Below are positions 51,334-64,000 of a DNA stretch of 64,000 nt, piece by piece. Position numbers and translations under genes: made by a program. The stretch comes from Gnetum montanum (taxonomy: Eukaryota > Plantae > Gnetophyta), in NCBI GenBank assembly GCA_015680685.1, contig MNCI01002981.1:62001-126000 (forward strand). Reading direction: 5' to 3'. A model generated the notes under the pieces. It ran no database searches. It saw only the letters and a program-made list of their open reading frames with translations, and was not told where the DNA came from. Within the stretch, counting starts at the first letter, position 1, and the number at the start of each line of letters is the position of its first letter.

Positions 51334-54165
51334 ATGGCACCAAGATTGAAATGCCCATAGGATGGAGGACTATCCTAAATAAGGGACAAGTAGTCCAAAT
51401 TTGAAAGGGACCAACAAGAACAACCTCAAGAGTAGGTAGTAGAAACCCATGCAACAAGACCTCTTCGGAAGGAGCCCAAAGTGGAATTTGTCCATTAGAT
51501 TCCCCAAGCTAAAATAGAGTGATACCACTGGAATGAGGCACTAGGACCAAAGCCAAGCCTTAAGATCAAGTTGATAGATGTATGCCTTAGGGAAATCTAG
51601 TCTAGGGAAATTCAATGCTCAATTCTTCAGGAACTAAACTTTGGAACCTTCCTAAACTTTGCCCTAGAAGATGTTAAAACCCAACTTCAAAGCTCTCCCA
51701 TGTATCTCATCATAACTTCTAGTGGGGAGTGATACATGGAAGAGACCTATCTCTTTAGGAATAATACAGCTAGATGCCACTGTGAAGATCAAGGACATAA
51801 GTATGTCCTACTTGGTGAAGGCCATCTCTTAGGCCCTTGGCTTACTTGAAACCAGGACAAACCTAGTAAAGATATCAAAATAAGCTAACCTAGAGGTCAA
51901 AAAGGAGTAGGTCTAATGGTGTTATGGAGTGGACCACAAAGAGTATGGCAAACTCACCATGATGGAATGCATGTATTTCAAGATAGTGGCCTACCACCTC
52001 AATCCAATGATGAGGCGTAGCAAGGTGACAACCTTTTCTACCTATGCATGTGTCACTTTAAGCAAAAAATTTTCCATCAACCTCCCACAGTTGATTTATT
52101 TGGAGATAGAGAAGTGGTTAAAAAGAAAATGAATGTGAGAGGAAGGCACTTCCCTTTTTGTGACTAATCAAAAAATTGTGCAAAAGGGGAGGGATAACCC
52201 ACTACTCCAATGATACATTAAGACATGCTCCTACCGCCTTTTGGGTGAAAATGATGAAGGATAAGTTCCTTGTTGTAACCAAGGAAGAGGAGTAGCCACC
52301 ACCACCACCCACTCAAGAGATAATGCTAGAGGCACATGCTACCATGAAGTTCATGAAAAAGCTCCAAGAATAACTATTGTAGTAGCAGCAAGTTGTTCTG
52401 AGTGGTGACTCATCTATCTACTGACCAACCATAAGCCATATAAATGAGGTAACGCATACAATAAGCTGGTTAAAGGATATGATACTAACTTTCTCTGCCT
52501 AACGAATGTTAACATCCCTACCCTCAAATCCTAGTGCCTAAGAGATAAGGCTATCCATTCTAGGACAATAGTAATTTCTAGAAATATTTGGAAATGTAGC
52601 TACCTTCTTAATGCACCTAGATGAGGAAGGTGGGACAATTGTTCTAGTGATGCAACACCAAAGGCAGGAAATAGTGGTTGAGGTAATGGTAGATCAAGTG
52701 GGTGAAGCCTTGAATGTTGCTATGACATTTTTGCCTAATATTACTACACTTAGAGAAGTGTAGACATTTGTAGGAGTGGCAAGTGGAAGGTTCAATGTAG
52801 CCTAGCATGAAGAGTTGCTAGAATGACTAGTGAAAACTCAACAACCAATTTCGGAGGTCTTTGACCTTTTGAATGACATCACTGCTACCCAGTTGACATT
52901 GTTGGAGGTAAGTGGCAAGTGCATCATCAAAGAGGCTCAACTTGAAACAACCAAATCTAAGAATTAGTGCTTGGTTGTAGAAGTTAGAGCCTGCCTTGCT
53001 GATCCCATGGTACTTAGCCAAGCAATGATAGGGGACGAAGCTATTTAATAGCTTCAGTTAAAACTTCAAGAGGCTAAGTATGCAAATAAGTTGGTAATCT
53101 TTGACTAGTCCTTAGCTAATGCCACCATTTACAACATTTAGAAGGACTTGTTGGAGGTTCACTAGGAAAATGTAAATCTAACCAAGAACAATCATTACCT
53201 ACATACTGTTGAGCTTCAAAAGGAGTAAATGGTTGAATAAATGAGATAGCAACAAGAGCAACTTGCCAAGGTGATAATGGACCTAAGGAGGTTGACAATA
53301 GAGAATCATAATCTCTTGATGGAGAAGGTTCATTTCCTTAACCAAAGGTTTGTAATTGAAATTTCCACCTGGAAGAATGAGGCCCTTAAATTTGAAAGGA
53401 TTAAAAACCATTACAAGGACCATGTCGACTTGTAAAAGGAGATCAATGAAAAATAAATCAAACTGGTGAAGGCAAAGGTGCATGAGGTCCTTTAGCAGCT
53501 CTAACAAGAAGGTGATGTATGGTAGCCTATCTTTGATGGGCTAAATGCATACAACAAGGTAGAAATTCACCTCAAGAAGTTGTAAATCAAGAAGATGACT
53601 AAATACATGGAGCTCACCAACCTTTGCTATGCAAACTTGGTAATGTTGACTATCGAAGATTGAGGTTAGATTTGGAAAAGGTGGTAACTAGCTTGTACCT
53701 ATTGTACATGGCCGAGTTCAAGCACCATAAGGAGAGAAAAAAAACTTAAAATGGAAAATTCTAAACTCAATGTTCTCAAGCAACTCTTTACTAATTGAAT
53801 ATTAGTAGCTAAGAACCTAACCTAAAGGATGAATTACTACCAAGAGTTACAAAACACTATCAAGGCATTTGATGTTGAATGAAAGTAGTTTGTAGCCTAG
53901 TTTGTCAATGTGAAGGAGTTGTTCCCTGCAATGCAAAGATATTCCTATAAGGATCCACATTGGTGATGTCACATGGACCATGTACTACTCCTACAGTAAG
54001 GAGGAGAAGATGAAAGCATTTCTGGATGCTTTCCATCTTCCACCAGTAGTAGCAGTTATAGCTAAATAGCCAGAACCATAGCCTCAACCACAATAGTTGT
54101 GTGCACTAGAGGCAAGAGAAGAACCTTTAGCAACTCAAGAACCTCTGCTACCTAGGACAATCTAA
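51334..54165 (+). pseudogene. Element C env-like accessory ORF
   Basis: ATG directly after tatAG. NFGTFLNF..KTQLQ.SP, YFKIVAYHL.P and INLPQLIYLEIEKW are homologous to the element A ORF, and the length is similar (~2.8 kb). Confidence 0.8.
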
Positions 54166-54385
54166 CTTTCATTCTAGTAGTAACCAGACTCCTGTAACTT
54201 CATTTCTTGAACTTAGACTTAGCGATTAGAAGTGTGAATGCTCGCAGTGTCATATGACATAGTGAACAAAATCTTTGTTCAAATAGTTTATACTTGGACA
54301 CAAGTTGTGACTAGAAATAAAGATCAATCTATTTTGCATCATTGCAGCATTCTCCTAGTTTACTATTTTTACTTATACTAATGTT

Positions 54386-54478
54386 TACTATTGTCCTAGT
54401 TAATGTTTTACTTTTCCACATACTATTTTCCTAGTTAATGTTTTACTTTTCCACATACTATTGTCCTAGTTAATGTTA
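54386..54478. repeat. ~36-bp tandem repeat (2.5 copies)
   Basis: tactatt(g/t)tcctagttaatgttttacttttccaca is repeated. Confidence 0.8.
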
Positions 54479-54711
54479 TTAGTAACCAAAATGAACATGA
54501 CTGATCTCAAGCACTTAAGTGTAATCATTTGGTAGCCTAGTAGTGTTATCGCTTGGTACGCCTAGTAGCGTAATGCTTAATAGCCTAGTAACAATTACAT
54601 GAAGCCCAGATGTGTATGGTAGATCAAGAATGGATACTCATCACTTAGATTAGAATAGATTCGTTTACTTATCATGAATCATTTCTTGTCAAGTCTTGAT
54701 ATCAGAGCCCA

Positions 54712-55492
54712 TGATGTGTTATCAAATATCTAATATCACGGGATGCATACTAGCCTATAAATACAAAACTTAGACATACAATTCATCCATGTTTCCATCA
54801 GTTGTTAGTGAAGCTCTTGTAATTGTTTTTTCCTAGAGTTAGAATACTTTCTAAGTGCCTGCAGTAGAAGTCAAAGAAGTGTACAAATCTTTATTTGAGC
54901 ATTGATGTACCTGAGCATCTCTATGTGAATGGAAATAAGGATGAGCTTTCTTGATCAAACCTTGCAATACTTGGAATAGATTAATGTCTTCTTTGTGCAT
55001 TTAATATTCATGCAATCTACTTTAATGAATTTTAACTAAGTAATCAATATCAGCTAAATAGCAAACATAAACATGACCACTTTGAGCATACGTTTAACAC
55101 TTGGCAACCCTAGTAGCACTTAACACTTGGTAATCCAATGATGCTATAATGTGTTCAAGATGTGTACAAAAAGTGGGATTGGATGCCTATGTAAAGAGTA
55201 GTTAAGCATTAGTTAGTTACTACATTAATTACACATTAAATTTACTTTGTTTCTAGCACTTAGGCTATTAAACCATAAAATATAAAATGATCAAAATCAA
55301 ATTCCTCAGTTACACTTAACCATACACTTGTAATTCACAAGTGGAACTAAGAAGACAACAATTACATTGGTTAGATTCACCTGCTAGAAACTAGTATACT
55401 TAAAGAGCTAAAGTCTACAAAATTCAACCAGATCGTTGAGTAAACGTTAGTAATTCATATGGTTGGATGTAGGGACTACTCGCTACTCATCA
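54712..55492 (+). repeat. Athila-family LTR (3' LTR of C or part of D)
   Basis: TGAT...CTCATCA termini and TATAAATA at about 54756. Clearly homologous to 42129-42943 but diverged, with a different 5' end. Confidence 0.8.
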
Positions 55493-55549
55493 ACTTGTTT
55501 TACTTATATTTGGAAACCATTTTCATTTCTATCATATCTACTATGAGCA

Positions 55550-58500
55550 CTAATAACGTGTTCAAGATGTGCACAAAAATAGGAATAAATGCCTATGTTA
55601 GGATTAGTTAAGTGTTAGTTAGTTACTAGCTTAATTAGATTAATTACACATTAAATTTACTTTGTTTCTAGCACTTAGGCTCTCAAACCATAAAAGACAA
55701 AATGATAAAAATTAGATGCCTCAACTACACTTAACCATACACTTGCAATTCACAATTGGAATTGAAAAGACAATGATTGCAATGGTTAGATTCATAGCCT
55801 AGAAACTAGTATACTTAAAGAGCTAAAGTCTATGGAATTTGATAGGATCGCTAAGTGAATGCTCGAAATTCATATGATTAGATGTAGGGACTACTTGCTA
55901 CTCATCATTAGCATTATTATTGAGGACTTTAGTTAGCTACGTGTGCTACCTAGGACGTAATGAAAATTATTCAAAATCATTGTCATGAATCTTAAAGTTG
56001 CAATCATTCAAAATAATAATTGTTACTATAAAAGAACATTGGCATTTTCTTCTAATGTAAAAATGTTTTCTTCTCATAGGGATGATTCTCCATGGAGGTT
56101 TGAACATACATCCAATTAACAATGGAATGAATGATCAAACCCACTAGTTTCCCAACAATGCAGAGTGGTATATACTCATCCCAATGAGTATGTGCTAGAC
56201 TTCACCTTCATCCTACATTAGAATAAATAGTTATAGTGGAGGAACATGGAGGGAAACATTGTGTTGCTTCCCAATCGATCAATTCCTGCAATGCTGCACC
56301 AAACTCTAATGAGGTTGGGCATCTAGGGGGTCAATGCTAAATATGTTATGTGGGACCATGACTATTGGGATTACTATCCCACTAAGGCATAATGAAAAAG
56401 AAATTGGCAAGAGAAGAAGCACTATGAAGCTTTGAAAGGAAAACGATTCAATAACCCCTTCTTCCTACTAGGGCAAAATGATAGTGAGAATCCCTTCTCT
56501 GGGAATTTTTAATTCATTGACTCTCCTCCCCTTGGTTTTAATGAAGGGGACTTGAACTAGAATTTATAGTCCACTATAAAAAAATCCTGGTTTAGGCAAG
56601 AATGGGTCCCATTACCATGGGGGATCCAAAGTTGGGAGTAATGGCAAGGACAAGGACAAGAATCACGATGCTGATCATGTTCATGACCATAAGAGAAGCA
56701 ATGGTAAGCATCATCCTAATGCTAGTCCTCCTTCCTGTTCACCTTCATTGTCCTCTTCTTTCTCCTCTAGCTTTGATTGAAGCTACAAAGGATGTGATTA
56801 TGATGGAGGAGACCAAAAGGAAAAAGATGATCATACCGCCCATTGGACTAGTTGAGACCAAGGGTGTGGGCAATCAAGGCCCACGATCATGAAAGGAGGG
56901 ATAGTAGAGAACATCATGGGCAACGTGACCATCATAGAGGCTATGACCAGGATGACCCTTTACTTGCAACTCTAAACATGCTGAACATCGCAAAGATAGT
57001 GAGAATTTCAACAAGACATATAAAAGATAGTAGAATCAAGTGGTTGGATATGAACAATATCTCCAAGTTCAAGTGGGGATATAACTCAAATCAATAGAAC
57101 CATCTTTAAGCCTTTCATGATGCCTATACCTTATAGAACATGGAGAATGAATGATAAAAATTAAAGTTGTTCCCGAGGACACTAATCAAGGAAGCTAAAA
57201 GTTGGTACCAATCCTTGGTGCCAGAATCAATCCACAAATGGAGTATGATACTTGATCTTTTCAATTACAACTATCAAACATACTCCTGAGTGTTCAACTT
57301 GAAAAAGTAGATCCACAGTTGGAAACAAGGAACACGTGTAGCCTTGGATGCAATCATGGTCAGGTACTACTCTCTCTTGCATCAATGTCCTAGCCATGGC
57401 TATTCTTAAAGGGTGCAACTCTACCATATCATAGATAGAATCTATAAGGAAACACAAAGAACTCTTGGGATCTATGCCCAAGGGAGACATTCAAAATTAA
57501 GGGTCCATTAGATTCAAAAGCTAATTGAGAAGGTTTCCAAAGAAGAAGAAGATTTGAGAAAAAGGGAAAGTATAGAGGAGTATAATTAGGATCCTTCCAT
57601 CTACAAAAGGAAGGTCCAATTGTATGACAATTAGGAGGAGGCACCACTTGATGAGGTGATGAAGCAAAAGACCTTGCTAATAAGAAAATTTTGTTTTTGA
57701 AATTTCAAACAAGGTAGATAAAATGTAGGACTCTTTGGATGAAAAGTTCCAAACCACTATGAAAATAGTAGAGGAATCATAAGAGCAAAGTAGTGATCAT
57801 GATCATAGGAGAAGGAACGAGGCTAAACATGCCTACCAAAGGGATAAGGATAAGGCTACTGTAGTGGAGGTTGTGGAGTTCAAAAGAGACAATGATGATG
57901 GGTGTAACATCTATGACTATAAGCATCCTCAGGGATTTTGCCATGTCATGTCACACTTACAAGAGTCTCAGATGTATGCTCTAAATCCTAAATTAGCCAA
58001 AAGGAAAGAACCTAGAAGGTTTTCTTATCCTCAAGGCAATCCCAAGAAATTCCACTAGCAATAAGCCTACTATCTGAGTGAAGATTCACCATAACCGTAT
58101 GATTAGTACTAGCAATGGTAGCTTCCATAATTATGGGGAATGCCACCACCAAGGCAGTAGTACCATTATTGATAGCCTAATCCATATGGGTACTACATTC
58201 AGTAACCCATTTCTCCACATAACTCTTCTAGTCACACTTCATTCCAGCATCATTATTACCCTCCTAAATACTATAGAGCCTAATCTCTAACAAGGGAATC
58301 CTCATTTCTTCACTACCATTCTCATCCTTCTAGACATGTTCCTCCACACTCAACTTAATTACCACCTACTCCATCAATGCATGGTGAAATTCCAGCCTAA
58401 CTGCAGCAATGGAATGCCACTAGGGAAAATAAATCCCACAAAAGACCATTCTTCTAAGCCAACAATCCTACAAAACCCTCATAAACATATGCGATTGATA

Positions 58501-61500
58501 GCCCTGCTTCTCCCTCATCCTCTACATCTACACCTTTTGAGTCCCCTTCAAACCAAACACCTCCCAAAGTGCATATTGTCATGTTGACGCATGTAGTAAC
58601 CAATTGGATTAAGACTACCCATCTTCCTAGGAAAAGATTTGATCTTAGGAGTCCCCTTATTTACCTACAAATCATTGGGAATGAACCTTACAAGGCTCTT
58701 CTAAACTTAGGTTCCAATGTAAATCTAATTTCTCATAAGATGTACAGAGCCTAGAACATGCCTCCACTAAAGAAGAGCAACATTCATCTTAAGTTGGTAG
58801 ATCAACCCATTACTATTCCCTTGGGGCTAGTGGTGGATATTGTGACCATCGTCTATGGGTGGTCCTTTCCTACTAACTTCCTAGTGATCTATGAGAATAA
58901 TTGCAAGGGAGACTTTCTAATCATCATGGGAGGGGCTTGTTTGAGCATCATTAATGCACAACTAGGAATCAAAGACCTCTCCTTGGATATTCCGAAGGAA
59001 AATGCATTCAAGAAGATAGAGAAGAAGAGAATTCCATGCATCATATATAATGATATATGATGCAATTATGTGTAGAAACTATGGTCCATATAAAGTACAT
59101 CCATCACAACATGCAGAAATTGTGCAAATGTGTCTAAAATTCAAAGGTTTCTATATGTAGTAGCTACAAAATAGGAAGACACCTAGTGGCTAATAGCTAA
59201 TTCTAATGGAAACTCAAAAATTTGCATGGAACCAACTAAGATCCTGACAAGTTCCTACATTGAAAGCATGGACAAGATAGAGCAGATCCATCACCAACTC
59301 TCTAGTGAACCTAAAGAAACTTATTCGGAAGATGTTAACCATGGTGACTTACAAGGATTATTTCTCATTGCCATTTGTGAACCAGGTGTTGGACACCATT
59401 TCTGGGCATTATTATTATAGCTTTCTGGATAGTTATAGTGGTTATAACGAAATTCAGATTACATCTAAGGATTAGGCGAAAACCATATTCACAAGTCCCT
59501 AGGGGACTTTTGCATACAAAAAGATGTCATTTGATATATGTAATGCTCTTGCAACCTTCCAACGCCTTAACCTAAGCATCTTTCAATAGCATACTAGTGG
59601 TGAGATGGAAGTCTTCATGGATGACTTATCTACCTATGGCATTATGTTTTAGGAAGCCCTAGACCACCTTGAATAAGTATTAAAAAGGTGTGTGGAAACT
59701 AACCTCTAGCTCAATTGGTAAAATAGTCACATAATGGTCTAGGAAGACATCATTTTGGAACACATAATATCTAAAAAAGGGATTGAGAATAGACCCTAAG
59801 AAAAGAAGGATCATCCAAAGAATTACCTGTCAATCGAAAACTATCAAAGATGATCAATCATTGTTTGGTCACACTGGCTACTACCGATGCTTCATAGAGA
59901 ATTTCTCTAAGATTGCCAAACCATTGGTAGAGCTCACAAAGAAGGATCCTTTGTTAATCTAGATTGAGAAATGTGAGAATGCATTCAAGCAACTTAAGCA
60001 AAAGCTCATAGAAACTCTGATTCTATGAGCACCTAATTAGTTCAGACCATTTCACATCATGATAGATGCATCAAATTATGCCTTGGGAGCCATGCTTATG
60101 TAGTTGGATGATGAAAAACATCCTTACTACATCCACTATGCAAGACGAAACATTGTGGGTGCATAGCTAAATTACATCCCAATAGAAAAAGAGTTGATGA
60201 CAGTGGTGTATGGCTTAGAGAAATTCAGGTACTATGTGCTTGGGTACAAGGTGTTCATGCACACAGACCATAATGCAATTCACATCCTCATGAATAAACC
60301 AATGGTGAGCCCCCATATCATATGACAACTTGTGATCTTGTAGGAATTTGATCTTATAATGATGATTGTGGAGGACGTTATGAAGTCTAAAATAGATGAT
60401 GATGATGGGTGTGACATCTACCACTATGAAAATGTTAAGGGAGTTGCCCCATCATGTCACACTTGTAGAAGTCTAAGATGTACATTCTAAATTCTTAATT
60501 AGCCAGAAGGAAAGAACCTAGAAGGTTTCCTTATCCTCAAGGCAATCCCATGGAGTTCCACCAACAACAACCCTACTATCTGAGTGGAGCTCCACCACAA
60601 CCTTTTGAGCAATACCAGTAGTGGCAACATCCATAGTCGTGGGGGATGCCACCACCAAGGTAGCAATATCCTTATTAACAACCTAATCCATATGGGTACT
60701 ATGTTCAACAACCCATTTCTCCACATGGCTCTTCTAGTCATGCTTTATTCCAGCATCACTACTACCCTCCTAAATACTAGATAGACCAATCTCCAAGAGG
60801 GAAATCCCCATTTCCTCACTACTCTCCTCATCCTTCTAGACATGTCCTTCTACCCTCAACTCAATTACCACCTACTCCATCAATTCAAGGTGAAATTCCA
60901 ACCCAACCACAGCAACATAACACCACTAGGATCATTAACTTATAACCAGCTCTTAGCTGAGTGGTTTGGAAAACAAATCCTACAAAAGACCATTCTTCTG
61001 ACCCAACAATCCTACAAAACATTCACAAACATATGCAATCAATAGCCCTACTTCTCCCGCATCCTCTGCATCTACATATTTCAAGTCTCCTTCAAACTAA
61101 ACACCTCCTAAAGTGCATACTATCATGTTGACCCATGCTGTAAGTGATTGGATTAAGGTTAGTCACCTTCCTAGGAAAAGATCTGATCCTAAGAGTTCCC
61201 TTATTTACCTGAAAATCACTAGGAACAAACCTTGCAAGGCTATTTTGGACTCAAGTTTTGGTGTAAATATGATTTCTCATGAGATGTAAAAAGCCTTGAA
61301 CTTGCCTCTACTCAAGAAGAGAAACATTCATCTTGAGTTGGCAGATTAGTCCATCACTATTTACTTGGGACTAGTGGAGAACATTGTCATCATCATCTGT
61401 GGGTGATCCTTTCCTACTAACTTCCTAGTGATCCATGTTGATAATCATAAGGGAAATTTTCCAATCATCGTGGAAAGGGCTTGGTTGAGCACCATTGATG

Positions 61501-64000
61501 CACAATTAAAAATCAGAGACCTCTCCTTGAATATTTCCAAGGAAAATTCATTTGGAAAGATAGAGAAGAAGAGAGTTCCATGCATTATGTACAGTGAGAA
61601 AGGATGCAGCTATCTAGAGAAACTATGATCCATAAAAAGTACATCCATCATAGCATGCAGATAGTGTGCAAATGTGTCTAAAATTCAAAGACACCTATAC
61701 ACGATAGCCATAAAAGAGGAAGGCACCTAGTGGCTAATAGCTAATCTTGATAGCAACTCAACAATTTGCATGGAACCAACTAAGAGCCTAACAACTGCCT
61801 ACATTGAAGGCATGGATGAGTAGAGTAGATCCATCATCAAATCTCTAATGAACCTAATGATAGTTATTGGGGAGAGTTGGAAATCCCTGAGAACTTTAAA
61901 CAGGAGCCCCTAGAGTTCAAAACTCCATTTGTCGACATGAAATATGTTTTTATGAACACTAGAAAGCCAGTGATAATCAATGCCAACCTTGCTCTTAAAC
62001 AAAAATAAAAGTTATTGAAGGCTATTAATAAGTGGCCAATAGTCTTTTCTTGGTCATATCCTGCACTCACTAGAATTAATCCAAGGATATGCTAGCACCA
62101 CATCTATATAAATCCTTTAATAAAGCCAAAAAGGCAGCCATAGCAATGGTTGAATCCCAAACTCAAGAAAATCATCAAGGTTGAGATTCAACAACTCCCT
62201 AAGGTAGGGTTCATCTATTCAATTGCAAATAGTGAGTGGATTAGCCCACTATTATTAGTGCCAAAGAAAGGTGACAAGTGGAGGGTCAGTATCAATTTTA
62301 GGCTGTTGAACATGGCAACTTACAAGGATCATTTCCTATTGGTATTTGTGCACCAAGTGTTAGACATCATTTCTAGGCATTACTTTTATAGCTTTCTAGA
62401 TGATTATAATGGCTATAACCAAATTTAGATTACACTCAAGGATTAGGTAAAAATCACATTCACATGTTCCTAGGGGACTTTTGCATACAAAAAGATGTCA
62501 TTTGATCTATGCATTGCTCCTTTAACCTTTGAACACCTTGTCCTAAGCATCTTTCAATATCAGATTAGTAATAAGATGGAAGTCCTCATGGATGACCTAT
62601 CCACCTATGGCACTACATTTGAGCAAGTCCTAGACCACCTTGAGCAAGTATTGAAAAGGTGTGTGAAGACCAACCTCCAACTCAATTCGCAAAAGACTCA
62701 TCTGATGGTCTAGGAAGGCATTGTTTTGGGGCATAGAATATCTGAAAAGGGGATTGAGGTGGACCTTAAGAAAATAAGGGTCATCCAAGGAATTACCCAT
62801 CAAATAGAAACTATCAATGATGTTCGATCATTCCTTGGTCACACTGGCTACTACCGATGCTTCATAGAGAATTTCTCTAAGATTTCTAAACCATCAGTAA
62901 AGCTTACAAAGAAGAATGATCTATTCGTTTAGATTACAAAATGTGAGAATGCATTCCAGCAGCTTAAGAAGTAGCTTGTAGAAACTCCAATTCTACGAGC
63001 ACTTGATTGGTCCAAACCATTCCACATCATGACGGATGCATTAAATTATGCCTTGGGAGCCATGCTCATATAGTTTTATGATTAGAAACATCCTTGTTAT
63101 ATCCACTACACAAGCTAAAGCATTATGGGTGCATAGCTGAATTACACCATAATAGAGAAAGAGTTGGTGGTGGTGTATGCCTTAGAGAAATTAAAAAACT
63201 ATGTGTTTGGGTACAAGATGTTTGTGCATATAGACCACAATGTAATCTGCTTCCTCATGAACAAATCAACGGTGAACCCTTGTCTCATACAATGACTTGT
63301 GATCTTGCAAGAATTCGATCTTACAATGGTAGATCAAAAGAAAACTGAGAATGTGGTTGTTAATCACTTGTCTTGATTGAGATGGGATAACAAAGAGGAG
63401 GAGAGCCCACTTTCTAATCAATTTCCTGATGAAATCCTCTTTGCTAAGGCTATAATTGAATAAATGCCCAATGAGTCTAACTGGTATGATGGCATTTTCA
63501 CCTATCTTCTTACTTAGAAGATGACACAAGAGCTAAATAGTAGGAAGAAACAATAGTTTCTTCATCAGTCCAAATGCTTCATAAAGATCAATAGACATCT
63601 TTACAAGATATGTGTTGATGGCCTAGTTTTTTGGTATCTTCTTGATGTTGATCAACTATATGTTCTTCAAGATGCTCACAAGGATCATTGTTGGGGTCAC
63701 TATGCTAGGAGATGCACAATCATTAAGATCCTAATGGCAGGGTATTATTGGCCAACACTCTTCAAGGATGCTCACCAATTCATCTGCTCTTGTAAATGCT
63801 ACCAAATGCTGGTGGGATGAACACTTGTATGGAGGAACCTTAGTAATGGATCCAACCACTAGAAACCTTCAACATCTGAGACATTTACTTCATGGGTCCC
63901 ATTACACCCATGTCGAATGAAAAGACATACATCATAGTCATTGTTAACTATTGTATAAAATGGGCAGCAATAGTAGTCGTCATTGACTGTACATCTTCTA
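55550..64000 (+). mobile_element. Element D: Athila-type gypsy with a partial 5' LTR (about 55550-55907) and an internal gag-pol duplication; runs off the window
   Basis: LTR ends CTCATCA at 55907, then a decayed PBS and gag from 56063. PR/RT/RH occur twice (about 58600-60360 and 61130-63400). INT begins at about 63650. Confidence 0.88.

Larger units (their letters stand above)
42129..54710 (+). mobile_element. Element C: pol-bearing Athila-type Ty3/gypsy (gag-PR-RT-RH-INT plus env-like), decayed; 3' boundary uncertain
   Basis: 5' LTR at 42129-42943 and decayed PBS TTTGTGCCATTGCCAGAGACT. gag starts at 43092. RT: SEWVNPLV, IFMDDF. RNase H: MDASNY. INT: HEGHCG, WGIDF, YHPQANS. Confidence 0.9.

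Noticed and set aside
54697-54710. tgatatcagagcc resembling a tRNA-Met PBS
   Set aside because: It has one mismatch, no matching upstream LTR end and no downstream gag.

Overview
AT-rich plant nuclear DNA with four N-gaps, almost all nested, decayed retrotransposons. The RTEX-like LINEs and long TE-filled introns suggest a non-flowering land plant (inference). One host gene is present: the last four coding exons (11949-19025, + strand) of a plant SLT/lytic-transglycosylase-like protein ending in a CaaX box (CTIL). Its introns hold an L1-type LINE, a truncated Ty1/copia and an RTE fragment, all antisense to the gene. Downstream, an RTEX-like LINE is split by a pol-less Athila-type Ty3/gypsy element (A, 24089-40866, TSD ATAGC). 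A contains a younger pol-less element (B, 27692-33944, TSD ATGAT). Two pol-bearing relatives follow (C from 42129; D from about 55550, with an internal gag-pol duplication). The main finding is the L1 at 2007-8118, which is bounded by a perfect 16-bp TSD and an A tail. Between its ORF2 stop and the tail lies a third, ~319-codon ORF with no frameshifts. By eye it resembles the accessory ('env-like') protein of LTR retrotransposons, including the Athila copies in this window. This points to a three-ORF LINE that acquired an LTR-element accessory gene. Family assignments come from motif recognition, not database searches.
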